The notes beneath the pieces were generated by a model. That model did no database searches, was not told the DNA's origin, and saw only the letters and a program-made list of their open reading frames with translations. A DNA stretch of 39,207 bases from a virus. Of the stretch, positions 23,866 through 31,308 are shown in pieces (within the stretch, counting starts at the first letter, position 1; each line of letters begins with the position of its first letter). The translations under genes were made by a program, and so were the position numbers. Location of the stretch: positions 1 through 39,207 of IMG/VR virus record IMGVR_UViG_3300045988_010507. The stretch is one strand, 5' to 3'.

Positions 23866-23910
23866 GAAAGAAAAAGAGCCAACCTGTAAGCGTTCCTTAC
23901 AAGCTGGCTC
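23866..23910 (-). terminator. Rho-independent terminator inside the morphogenesis gene string
   Basis: Minus strand GAGCCAGCTTGTAAG-GAACG-CTTACAGGTTGGCTC, followed by TTTTTCTTTC. A second weaker hairpin with a T-run follows (about 23835-23860). Confidence 0.6.
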
Positions 23911-23930
23911 CTATTGCCCTTTCCCGCGCC

Positions 23931-24065
23931 CTATTGCGCGGAAGTGCTGTATTTGATTGTTTTCTTGACCTCTAAGACGATGTACCCGTCACCCTTTCGG
24001 CGAATTTCCACATCGTTGCCGCGCCGTATAATGGCCTCGATGGCCTTGATGGTCTCGTTATCCAT
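23931..24065 (-). CDS. 44-aa hypothetical protein (MDNETIKAIEAIIRRGNDVEIRRKGDGYIVLEVKKTIKYSTSAQ)
   Basis: ATGGATAA overlap with the stop of 24058..24462. Coding-like. Below the ORF-track cutoff. Followed by the terminator. Confidence 0.45.
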   Translation of the reverse strand: MDNETIKAIEAIIRRGNDVEIRRKGDGYIVLEVKKTIKYSTSAQ

Positions 24066-24462
24066 TTTTCAGCTCGCTTTCCAGAATGTCCCGATACTGC
24101 CCCGCATGGTCGGCGGCAGCAGGCTTTAGAAATGGCTGTGCCTTGTTGCCGCGTGTGTAATGCCAATTGCCCTTTGCGTCCTGATACACCCACGGCGTAG
24201 GCCGTCCGCCGCCGCCTTCGGCATAAATGCCGGTGCCTAATTCAACGTACCCGCCGTACTCGGAATCCGTGCCGATGATTACCGCCGGTTCCTGCTCGTC
24301 TACCACATGGGTAATGCTGTTTCGCAGGTTGCCGGTATCCACCGAACACAGCTTTTTCGCATAGCCTTCTGCCACAAGCCCGATCTTTTCAAGCCCGCGC
24401 AATAGCGCCGCCTTGATCTCGGCGGAAACCTCAGCACTGTGATCTTGGATTGTAACGCTCAT
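24058..24462 (-). CDS. HK97 gp10-family head-tail component, in an unusual position
   Basis: 134 aa. LCSVDTGNLRNSITHVV...IGTDSEYGGYVELGTG matches the gp10-family signature (vDTGnLrnSi). Confidence 0.65.
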   Translation of the reverse strand: MSVTIQDHSAEVSAEIKAALLRGLEKIGLVAEGYAKKLCSVDTGNLRNSITHVVDEQEPAVIIGTDSEYGGYVELGTGIYAEGGGGRPTPWVYQDAKGNWHYTRGNKAQPFLKPAAADHAGQYRDILESELKNG

Positions 24463-26153
24463 CTCTTAAAAACCTCGTCCAATATGTCGCCAACATCAAA
24501 AGCTGCGATTCCGTCATAATCGGTCATAATTTGAGCAAAGCATTCGCTGAAAAACTCGTACTTGTCTTGATGTCCATATTGTGATAAATAGTTCGCAAAT
24601 ACTTCCGCTTGTTTTTTTCCTGATTGGCTCCCGCCGAGCCGCATCCATTTTTCGTATGCTTCGTGCGTATATTTGCGATAAACCTCATTGACTTTTAATT
24701 TTGCAGCATCTGGGAGTTCTTCCCACACAGCGTGGCCCAATTCGTGGTAGAACACTTGGTATGGATCTCCGCTGGCGTTCCAACCGCTTTTATAGTTGGT
24801 TTCAGCATTATGTGCCCAAGTTGATTTGTTTCCCTTTACCAGCAGTTTCTTGCTTTTAGGGCTATATGCCGCCTGATATTTCCCGTTTGCATGGGCAACT
24901 TCCTTGATATCAAGCTTTATACCATATCGATTGTATATGTCAGTAAGCGCCATATTTATAGCGTTTTCCTGTTCGACTGTAACGCCTTTGCCAATAACAA
25001 CTGGATCATCCGACCCTGTAATGCGTGACATATAAGACATTGCTTCATTTTGCGTTTTTGCTGGCTGGAATCTAAATACTTCTTTCTCTTGTGGCAATTG
25101 CCGCATAAACTTTCTACGGTAGCCTTGCGGCATAGCTTTATATCCGATTTTTTCTTTCCACCCCGCCCATTCCGCATAGGACATATTCGAGATAACCTCT
25201 GTTTGCCCCGTAGCGGGGTTTCTGACGCGTCTTTGCGCCGATGAGGTATCTATGCCGTCCACTACCGCAATTGTTGTGCAGCGGCAGTTATACACGAGAT
25301 ACCCAGGCGCTGACGTATCGCCGGGGAACATGATGTCGTAGCCGTCAACCTTAAATGGCTTGTCGATGTCAGCCTGCTGGCCGTCAAGCATGGCATGAGA
25401 GTGGCGTGTACGCGCGTCGAGCGTCGCCACCCATTCACGCTTGAGCTTGATGCCCATCTTCTCCGCCGCCGCGTAGCTGTCCATGCGTCCGGCGTTCTGC
25501 GCGCCGGTGACGGCAGTTCTGGCCGTGCGGATAGCGGAATCTCGGCTCATGGTGGTAATGCGCTTTTGCAGGTCGTCCGCCATGTGCTTGATGCTCTTTC
25601 CTTGCAAGATGGAGCTGGTGACGCTTGCCGTGATCTGCTTCTTGCCATACGCGAGGTCGATACCACGCTTTAAGGCGCGTTTCGGCGGGTAATATGGCAT
25701 TAAATCCGGCTGCTCTACCATAAGCCGCTTGACAGTCTGCTCGTCCCACAGGTCAAAGCCGACGTTGCCAGCAACCTGCTCGATAGTATACGCCGCATAG
25801 TTGCGGTTGAGGGAGTAGATACCGGGCGTTGCATCGTTGGTGTAGGACACCGCCACGGCGTTTGCGTCGGTCACGCGGTGCGCCACCTTGTCACGCATGG
25901 CCCGATATCGTTCACCGCGCCCGATCTGATTGAGACGCCATTGCTTATAGTCCTGTTCCGTCCACTCCTTTCCGTTCTGCACCGTGCCGATCAGAGCCTG
26001 CATTTCCTCATCGCGCTGTTTGAACTGCTCAAAGTATGTGTTGATAGTCCCTTGCAGCTCTTTTCCAGCCTCTCGATACAGCTTTGCAATGCGCCGTTCC
26101 AGCGCCGTAAGCTCTTTATCGGTCAGCTGATGGCCCACATCTGACTTTTGCAT
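24459..26153 (-). CDS. Head morphogenesis protein (MuF / SPP1 gp7 family) fused to a C-terminal HExxH zincin-like domain
   Basis: 564 aa. MuF core: ...REWVATLDARTRHSHAMLDGQ...VYNCRCT. C-terminal ~260 aa: YHELGHAVWEE ... EFFSECFAQ. GC drops sharply from about 25250 to 24459. Confidence 0.8.
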   Translation of the reverse strand: MQKSDVGHQLTDKELTALERRIAKLYREAGKELQGTINTYFEQFKQRDEEMQALIGTVQNGKEWTEQDYKQWRLNQIGRGERYRAMRDKVAHRVTDANAVAVSYTNDATPGIYSLNRNYAAYTIEQVAGNVGFDLWDEQTVKRLMVEQPDLMPYYPPKRALKRGIDLAYGKKQITASVTSSILQGKSIKHMADDLQKRITTMSRDSAIRTARTAVTGAQNAGRMDSYAAAEKMGIKLKREWVATLDARTRHSHAMLDGQQADIDKPFKVDGYDIMFPGDTSAPGYLVYNCRCTTIAVVDGIDTSSAQRRVRNPATGQTEVISNMSYAEWAGWKEKIGYKAMPQGYRRKFMRQLPQEKEVFRFQPAKTQNEAMSYMSRITGSDDPVVIGKGVTVEQENAINMALTDIYNRYGIKLDIKEVAHANGKYQAAYSPKSKKLLVKGNKSTWAHNAETNYKSGWNASGDPYQVFYHELGHAVWEELPDAAKLKVNEVYRKYTHEAYEKWMRLGGSQSGKKQAEVFANYLSQYGHQDKYEFFSECFAQIMTDYDGIAAFDVGDILDEVFKR

Positions 26154-26154
26154 T

Positions 26155-26325
26155 TTAGTCCCCCGCTATAATAGCCCTCGCTTCTTCTTTCGTGACGCCG
26201 ATTGCCGTCGCGATAATATTGATCGCCTGCCCCTCGGTCAACACGCCCGAAGACAGCTGCGACATCACCGTTATCAGGCTCTGTGTCTGCGCACCGTTCA
26301 GCGTTTCCCCGCAGCATTCTCCGCA
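26155..26325 (-). other. Coding-looking 56-codon segment in the portal reading frame, downstream of two tandem TGA codons
   Basis: In the portal frame, after TGA TGA (26326-26331): CGECCGETLNGAQTQSLITVMSQLSSGVLTEGQAINIIATAIGVTKEEARAIIAGD, stop at 26155-26157. The ORF-track entry 26123..26332 is the out-of-frame shadow. Confidence 0.4.
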
Positions 26326-26328
26326 TCA

Positions 26329-27696
26329 TCAATTACATCGTCGACTGCTGGGGGGGGTATCCACACTGCTACCCGGCAACTCTCCAAAGCTTTGGTCAAT
26401 CTCTTCCGCCGCCTTGCGCTTCATCATGTCCTCAAACTGGTCAATATCTCCGTTTATGGTCAGCAGTTTCTTTGTAATGTACTCATCATCGTAATACTGT
26501 GCGCCCAGCAAAAGTGCCTGCGTCTCTTCGGCCTTGTTGATAATCTGATTACGCGTGTAACTCGGCTGATCCTCAATTCCTGCCAAACGAAGAATCTCAA
26601 CAATAAACCGCGTTACCTCGGATTCAAACTTGTCCGTTTTCAAATCCAGCGGCACATAGCTGGCCTTAATTGCCGTTGCCGTTTGGTTCCCTGCGGATAC
26701 CGCCGCAGCGTCAAAGCACTGGAAATCTTCATAGAGCTTCTTTTTCAGCATATCAATGGTGCTGCTCGTGCCCTCATACGGCGCCTCGATGGTCTTGCTC
26801 TCCACCTTCGCGCCGTCGTAGCCGTTGGCGTGGGCAACATGAGTGGTTTTCAAGCGCTCCACAAATTTCGCGTCATCCAGATCGTCCATGCCATTGCAGT
26901 TGGACAGCACCCAATAGATCAGATTCCCCTCGTCTACGTTGTTGACCATATTTGAGGACGCAAGGTCGAGCGCGTCAATGGTGTTGCGCTTGCCGGCAAT
27001 TTCGGACAGACACCGCTTATTGTTTTTCAGCGGCACGATGGGAAAACTCGGATAGTTCCCGCCGTCGTAAATCTCTGTTTCGCCGACTTCGGCCTTGCGG
27101 ATAACGAGCTTGTAGCTGCGCTTTTCCTGCAATACGCTCATATCTTTATTCTTCGGCTGGAAATACTCGGTAAATCCGTCAATCTCGTACAGCGTCGCTC
27201 TCAGGGGCTTATCCTGTGCCACCTGCCAGAACCGGATACCGGCCTTCATCGCGCCGTCCTCTTCATCATAGAGGGGGACAAACTCAAGCAGGGAGAACAC
27301 CCGCAAATGCGTCAAATCCCAGAACCCGAAGGATACACCTGCGATTTTCGCTTCACGCGCCGCGTCCATGACTTCTTGGTCGAAGTCCGGGCATAGTTTG
27401 TTTGGTGTTTCCTTCTCCGCAAATGTCACGCCGTTTCCCAGCAGATACGAGACCTCTTGATCCACCGCCAGACCGAAGAAGCGGCTGGCCAGCTTATGGT
27501 TTGCCGTCCACATATCCGTGTGGCTGCGGCCCTGCATATCATAGATAATCTTTTCGTAGCGATTGATTGTTGGATTTAGACCGTTATAGTATTCCTCCGC
27601 ATCCACCGCCGTTTTATACGCCGTGCTCTCGCGGTGCTCGTTAATCGCGCTGCGGACAAACTCAATGCGCGCCTGCTCGTTTTCACCGACCGCCAC
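26329..27696 (-). CDS. Portal protein (SPP1 gp6-like)
   Basis: 455 aa, GTG start. Position after TerL, with size and sequence character (…YYNGLNPTINRYEKIIYDMQGRSHTDMWTANHKLASRFFGLAVDQEVSYLLGNG…) typical of portal proteins. Confidence 0.8.
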   Translation of the reverse strand: MAVGENEQARIEFVRSAINEHRESTAYKTAVDAEEYYNGLNPTINRYEKIIYDMQGRSHTDMWTANHKLASRFFGLAVDQEVSYLLGNGVTFAEKETPNKLCPDFDQEVMDAAREAKIAGVSFGFWDLTHLRVFSLLEFVPLYDEEDGAMKAGIRFWQVAQDKPLRATLYEIDGFTEYFQPKNKDMSVLQEKRSYKLVIRKAEVGETEIYDGGNYPSFPIVPLKNNKRCLSEIAGKRNTIDALDLASSNMVNNVDEGNLIYWVLSNCNGMDDLDDAKFVERLKTTHVAHANGYDGAKVESKTIEAPYEGTSSTIDMLKKKLYEDFQCFDAAAVSAGNQTATAIKASYVPLDLKTDKFESEVTRFIVEILRLAGIEDQPSYTRNQIINKAEETQALLLGAQYYDDEYITKKLLTINGDIDQFEDMMKRKAAEEIDQSFGELPGSSVDTPPSSRRCN

Positions 27697-27731
27697 AAGG
27701 TCGTTATATGTTTTGATAGCCGCTCACCGTC

Positions 27732-28964
27732 CTATCTGTTCCAAATGGGGGTATAATCGCGTCGATACGCCTTATTTTTCAAAATCGTATAGGCAAAATA
27801 GCGTGTCTCGTCCATTGCGTGATCGTTTTCTTTGATTGGCTTGTCTTCTGTGGATTTTTCGTCCCACCGATATAGCCCAAACTCCCGAATGCAGTCTTTA
27901 CAATCTCGGTGTATTTTGATTACGCCGTCCTGTAAAAACCGCGCCGTAGTCATAATGCCGTTGGTTACGTCGTTGTTGGCTTTGAGAACCATGTAGCCCC
28001 GTCGTCGTAAAACTTCAATGAATGAGGCAGCGGATGGGTCGACGACGATGCTTTTGATAATCACATCACCGATGAGCTTTTTAATTTCGTCGGCGTATTC
28101 CTCGTCCGTCTTGTTCTTCTGGTTCTCACGCCCGGAATAGTAATACTCGCGGATGCGCGTGGCCGTCTTGCCGTCCCAGCGCCACAGCCCTGCGGAAAAT
28201 GGGTTAAGCGTGCCGTAGTCGCAGGAAACATAGTATTCTCCCTTTTCCGGCAGCTCGTCCACAATGCAGCTCTCGCCAAACATGGGGTAGATCAGCCCCT
28301 CGGCCACCACCCACAGACCGCGAATGTATCGGTCGTAGAACACGCCGCTATACATGGCCTTTGTCCTCTCGATCATCTGCGGTGTGAGAATTGGGTTATC
28401 TTCGAGTAGGAAGTGAATGTGCTGCGTATTCTCCCGTTCGTTTTCAATCCACTCTTTGTAAAACCAATGCTGCGGCGATTCGGGGTTACAGTTAAAAAAA
28501 TACTTCGGATGCTCAAATGAAATCGCACGGGAAAGCGCTTGCTCTACAAACGAACGCGGCATAAGTGCCACTTCATCGAATAGGACGCCGGCAAGCGTGA
28601 TGCCTTGTATAAGCATATACGAGCTTTCATCCTTGCCGCCGAATAGGTAAAACCAATTTGTTCTATCCCCACACCGAACGGTTAAAATTCTCGTGGAAAC
28701 CTTGTAATGCATGGACAGCGCAGCACCCAGCCCGTCAATTTCCATCAACGGTTTTAAGATATTTCGCTCCGCCGCCTGCACCGTCTTCCCGCAAATAGCG
28801 AAATTCGTGCGGTCGTAGTTCTGCATCGCCCACAGCACAAACGCCATCGACATGACCGTCGTCTTTCCGGAACGGACGGAGCCGTCACAGATCAGCGCCA
28901 CATCATCGGAGCTGATAAACTCCATTATTTTGTGCTGCTTTGCGGATAGCGCTTTAATTTGCAT
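27732..28964 (-). CDS. terL: Terminase large subunit (PBSX/headful-type)
   Basis: 410 aa. Walker A DGSVRSGKT and Walker B-like VLFDE, with a C-terminal nuclease domain ending ...NDHAMDETRYF. Confidence 0.9.
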   Translation of the reverse strand: MQIKALSAKQHKIMEFISSDDVALICDGSVRSGKTTVMSMAFVLWAMQNYDRTNFAICGKTVQAAERNILKPLMEIDGLGAALSMHYKVSTRILTVRCGDRTNWFYLFGGKDESSYMLIQGITLAGVLFDEVALMPRSFVEQALSRAISFEHPKYFFNCNPESPQHWFYKEWIENERENTQHIHFLLEDNPILTPQMIERTKAMYSGVFYDRYIRGLWVVAEGLIYPMFGESCIVDELPEKGEYYVSCDYGTLNPFSAGLWRWDGKTATRIREYYYSGRENQKNKTDEEYADEIKKLIGDVIIKSIVVDPSAASFIEVLRRRGYMVLKANNDVTNGIMTTARFLQDGVIKIHRDCKDCIREFGLYRWDEKSTEDKPIKENDHAMDETRYFAYTILKNKAYRRDYTPIWNR

Positions 28965-29388
28965 TGTTCTCGCCCTTTAACGCAGTGAGCAAGGCTGCCA
29001 ACGCCGCAGGGTCGCCGCTTTTTTCGTTCTCGGAGTTCCACCCAAAATTGCATCCAAGCGAGAATTTCGCGCCGTTCGCACCGTCTTTGTCGTAGAGCCG
29101 AGATTCGGCGTATTCTTCACAGCGGGACTTCGCGCGCGTAACCGTGTCCGCAAACTCTGGTCTTGCTTGATAATCCAGCAATGCTTGTCTTCCTGTGAAC
29201 CCAAGCGCCAATGCAAGCCCTGTGATTGTCGGCGGCTTTTCATCTAAAATAATCGGCCTTCCGTATTTATCTGTGGCAACATCGCCGTCAATCATAAGCG
29301 GTGTTCCTTTGCAGCGCTCAAAGTAAGCGTCAATAGCTTCCTGCATTGCCTTTACGCTTTTCCATTTTCTTGGCGCTCCGCCAGCCAT
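28954..29388 (-). CDS. terS: Terminase small subunit
   Basis: 144 aa. GGAPRKWKSVKAMQEAIDAYFERC...PPTITGLALALGFTGRQALLDY...AKSRCEEYAESRLYD...GAKFSLGCNFGW is the typical TerS HTH pattern. Overlaps the terL start. Confidence 0.8.
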   Translation of the reverse strand: MAGGAPRKWKSVKAMQEAIDAYFERCKGTPLMIDGDVATDKYGRPIILDEKPPTITGLALALGFTGRQALLDYQARPEFADTVTRAKSRCEEYAESRLYDKDGANGAKFSLGCNFGWNSENEKSGDPAALAALLTALKGENNAN

Positions 29389-29399
29389 GCGCTCACTCC

Positions 29400-29792
29400 C
29401 TTTCGTTTTGCTACCAGCCCCCGCCCCTTGGCCTTACATAGCAGACTTTACCCGCCCCGAGGGGCTACAACGTGCCGCACTCTCAGGGCAGCGGCTCTCC
29501 TCTTTTGGAGCGGCGAGGCGGTATTGAGCCGCCACACGTCCGCAATGTTGCCTATAGCCATTGCTTTCGCTTCTGCTTCTGCACGCCGCATATGTCTCCC
29601 CTGGGCCACATCGTTGAGAGGTGCGGGGAGTCCTGTCTTGTGTGCGACCTCGGCGCCGAGGTCCATGTCTTGAATGCCGCGAGGGCGGTATGACCGCCCA
29701 GTCCTCGGATGGTGAGGCGCATACGAGCCACGGCATATTGCCCTCAACTGCCCGCCCCGAAGGGCGGGCTATCAAGGGAGGAGGAAACAGAT
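29400..29792 (-). other. ORF-free, hairpin-dense GC-rich region upstream of terS (candidate structured RNA / leader and/or packaging site)
   Basis: No credible ORF. Perfect hairpins at 29750-29769 (cUUCGg tetraloop on the minus strand), 29683-29699 and 29646-29663 (18-nt palindrome containing GGCGCC), plus CUCCCC/GGGGAG at 29596-29630. The identical 10-mer CCCGCCCCGA occurs at 29451-29460 and 29751-29760. Confidence 0.45.
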
Positions 29793-29834
29793 GAAAAAGC
29801 AGAGGCGTGAAGAGCCTCGCCCCATCACGCCTCT
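29793..29834. terminator. Bidirectional rho-independent terminator ending the early/replication operon
   Basis: AGAGGCGTGA (29801-29810) pairs with TCACGCCTCT (29825-29834). On the minus strand it is followed by GCTTTTTC, on the plus strand by ATTTTTGC. Confidence 0.75.
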
Positions 29835-29859
29835 ATTTTTGCATAGGTTTTTCTTATTT

Positions 29860-29895
29860 TTCCCCTTAAAAGGGGAATTTTCAAAATTTTTTTAG
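29860..29895 (+). terminator. Hairpin plus long T-run, terminator-like only in the plus orientation
   Basis: TTCCCCTT-AA-AAGGGGAA followed by TTTTCAAAATTTTTTT. In the minus orientation it is followed by an A-rich tract. Confidence 0.3.
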
Positions 29896-30120
29896 ATAAT
29901 CGTCCACGGTCATCGGATTATCCGTCCTTCCGAGCAGATAATCGACCGATACCCCGAATTTATCGGCGATGCTTTCCAATGCGTCCGTTGTGGGCGCAGC
30001 CTCCCCCGCCTCGTACCGCCTCACCGCGTCACGGTGCAGACCGCACAGTTCAGATAGGACATATTGTTTTATTCTCTTTCTCTCCCGTAAGCGCTTCAAG
30101 CGCTCGGGAAACGCGTTCAT
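29881..30120 (-). CDS. XRE-family HTH regulator
   Basis: ORF 29881..30180 trimmed to M21 (GGAGGAGG SD). FPERLKRLRERKRIKQYVLSELCGLHRDAVRRYEAGEAAPTTDALESIADKFGVSVDYLLG. Confidence 0.8.
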   Translation of the reverse strand: MNAFPERLKRLRERKRIKQYVLSELCGLHRDAVRRYEAGEAAPTTDALESIADKFGVSVDYLLGRTDNPMTVDDYLKKF

Positions 30121-30151
30121 GCCAGCACCTCCTCCGGTTTGTCGCCTACCT

Positions 30152-30367
30152 TCATTCCGCACCTCCAAACGCTTCCTCAAATGTCAGGCCGCTCTCTCTG
30201 AGGATGCCTTTGATCACGTCGATGGTGTGTTGATTGTTGCCCGACAGCCACCACCAGATGTTGCTTTTGGAAATGCCTACCGCATCGGCAAGCTGGCGGC
30301 GCGTGTACTGCCGCTCGCAGAAAACCTTTTTCAGCGCCGGATAGACGCAATAGGGAAATTCGATCAT
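30152..30367 (-). CDS. Small HTH-like DNA-binding protein
   Basis: ORF 30152..30487 trimmed to M41 (GGAGGGTGGGGAG SD). YTRRQLADAVGISKSNIWWWLSGNNQHTIDVIKGI. Confidence 0.55.
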   Translation of the reverse strand: MIEFPYCVYPALKKVFCERQYTRRQLADAVGISKSNIWWWLSGNNQHTIDVIKGILRESGLTFEEAFGGAE

Positions 30368-30552
30368 TTTCTCCCCACCCTCCGTTTGTATCGGTCTTTT
30401 GACCTCTGAATGTAATTGATCATCGCGGTTTCTTCGGCTATGCTGGCCGTTTCGTTGCTTTTTGCCTCTTTCTTTTCTTTCAGCCACGCAGCGTATCGCT
30501 CGCAGGTCGAATGACAGCCGACGTGCCGCTCCTGACAGTTAAAGCAGCTCAT
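30364..30552 (-). CDS. Cys/His-rich small protein
   Basis: ORF 30364..30603 trimmed to M18 (GAGGTGGGA SD). MSCFNCQERHVGCHSTCERYAAWLKEKK... Confidence 0.5.
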   Translation of the reverse strand: MSCFNCQERHVGCHSTCERYAAWLKEKKEAKSNETASIAEETAMINYIQRSKDRYKRRVGRK

Positions 30553-30553
30553 A

Positions 30554-30775
30554 TCATCCCACCTCGTACTGCGGACAGGCAAGCACGCGATAGCTTGTCT
30601 CATAATGCCTGCGAGCGCCGCCGCAAGAATTCATCAAAACCTTTGTTCTGATCGCGCGCCAACCTTCCACCGGCTGCCACTTCAGCTTCCGCGTTTCCTT
30701 GTCGCATTCCGACCAAGGGCATTTCCCGCAGGCGTTCTTACAGGTCCAGCAGAGTGTTTCGCTTTGATTTGCCAT
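30554..30775 (-). CDS. Cys-rich small protein (zinc-binding-like)
   Basis: 73 aa. CWTCKNACGKCPWSEC... Confidence 0.5.
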   Translation of the reverse strand: MANQSETLCWTCKNACGKCPWSECDKETRKLKWQPVEGWRAIRTKVLMNSCGGARRHYETSYRVLACPQYEVG

Positions 30776-31183
30776 TTATACTTCCTCCACCCAGATACCG
30801 AATCGTTCCAGCATCAGCTTTTTCTTGATGATATAGTCCTTTGTCTTAAAGCCCTTTGCGTCCTCTACAATCGTTTTCCCGTCGCGGGTATACACGAAGT
30901 CGGCTATGTATGTAACTGCCCTCACAGCGGCTCCTGTGGGCGTTCTCTGCGCCCCCACAAGCTTGTATGTCTGCTGTAGCTTCAAATCGTGTATTTTCCC
31001 CGCTTTCAGCAGCAGCCGCAGCTCATCATAGCGGTCTGCCTCGTGCTTGCTGTCAAACGTAATGCCATGCCGCACGGTTTTGCGGTTGTGGTACTTGCCC
31101 GTTTTTTGAGCAAGTACCTTTTCAACCACCTGTTTTTGTGCCGCAGGCCCGAGGCGCGCAAGGTCAGATGCCGTCAGGCTCAT
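30776..31183 (-). CDS. DUF1064-family protein (putative Holliday-junction-resolvase-like nuclease)
   Basis: 135 aa. GKYHNRKTVRHGITFDSKHEADRYDELRLLLKAGKIHDLKLQ...YIADFVY matches the DUF1064 pattern (KY.N.K....G..FDSK.E..RY..L). Confidence 0.7.
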   Translation of the reverse strand: MSLTASDLARLGPAAQKQVVEKVLAQKTGKYHNRKTVRHGITFDSKHEADRYDELRLLLKAGKIHDLKLQQTYKLVGAQRTPTGAAVRAVTYIADFVYTRDGKTIVEDAKGFKTKDYIIKKKLMLERFGIWVEEV

Positions 31184-31308
31184 TTCCCCCTCCCGTCCGA
31201 TACCATGACCACGCGCACCTTGCCGAACTGCTCAAGTGCCATTGCCACGGCCTCCTTGGTCGCCAGCTTGTCGCCGTGGTCTTCGATGTCGATGATGATG
31301 CGGATCAT
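31180..31308 (-). CDS. 42-aa hypothetical protein (MIRIIIDIEDHGDKLATKEAVAMALEQFGKVRVVMVSDGRGK)
   Basis: ATGA-coupled at both ends. Below the ORF-track cutoff. Confidence 0.4.
   Translation of the reverse strand: MIRIIIDIEDHGDKLATKEAVAMALEQFGKVRVVMVSDGRGK

Noticed and set aside
26326-26331. Stop-codon (TGA) recoding as the explanation for the in-frame TGA TGA in the portal gene
   Set aside because: TGA is used as a genuine stop in many ATGA-coupled gene junctions throughout this genome, including late genes. I saw no suppressor tRNA.
26123-26332. 69-aa minus-strand ORF (MMMRRMLRGN...) between portal and MuF
   Set aside because: The sequence is Arg-rich and nonsense-like. The protein-like reading of this segment is the portal frame, reported separately as 26155..26325.
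29434-29775. 113-aa and 99-aa minus-strand ORFs in the terS upstream region
   Set aside because: They have no SD and are Arg/Pro/Ser-rich. They run through multiple perfect hairpins, so the region is better explained as non-coding structure.
29791-29895. 34-codon plus-strand ORF (MKKQRREEPRPITPLFLHRFFLFFPLKGEFSKFF) with a very strong SD (AAGGGAGGAGG)
   Set aside because: Its coding sequence consists almost entirely of the two terminator hairpins and T-runs, and it reads into a convergent gene. The SD-like purine run is more plausibly the complement of a minus-strand anti-SD. A type I toxin-like peptide cannot be excluded, but the hydrophobic stretch is interrupted by His and Arg.
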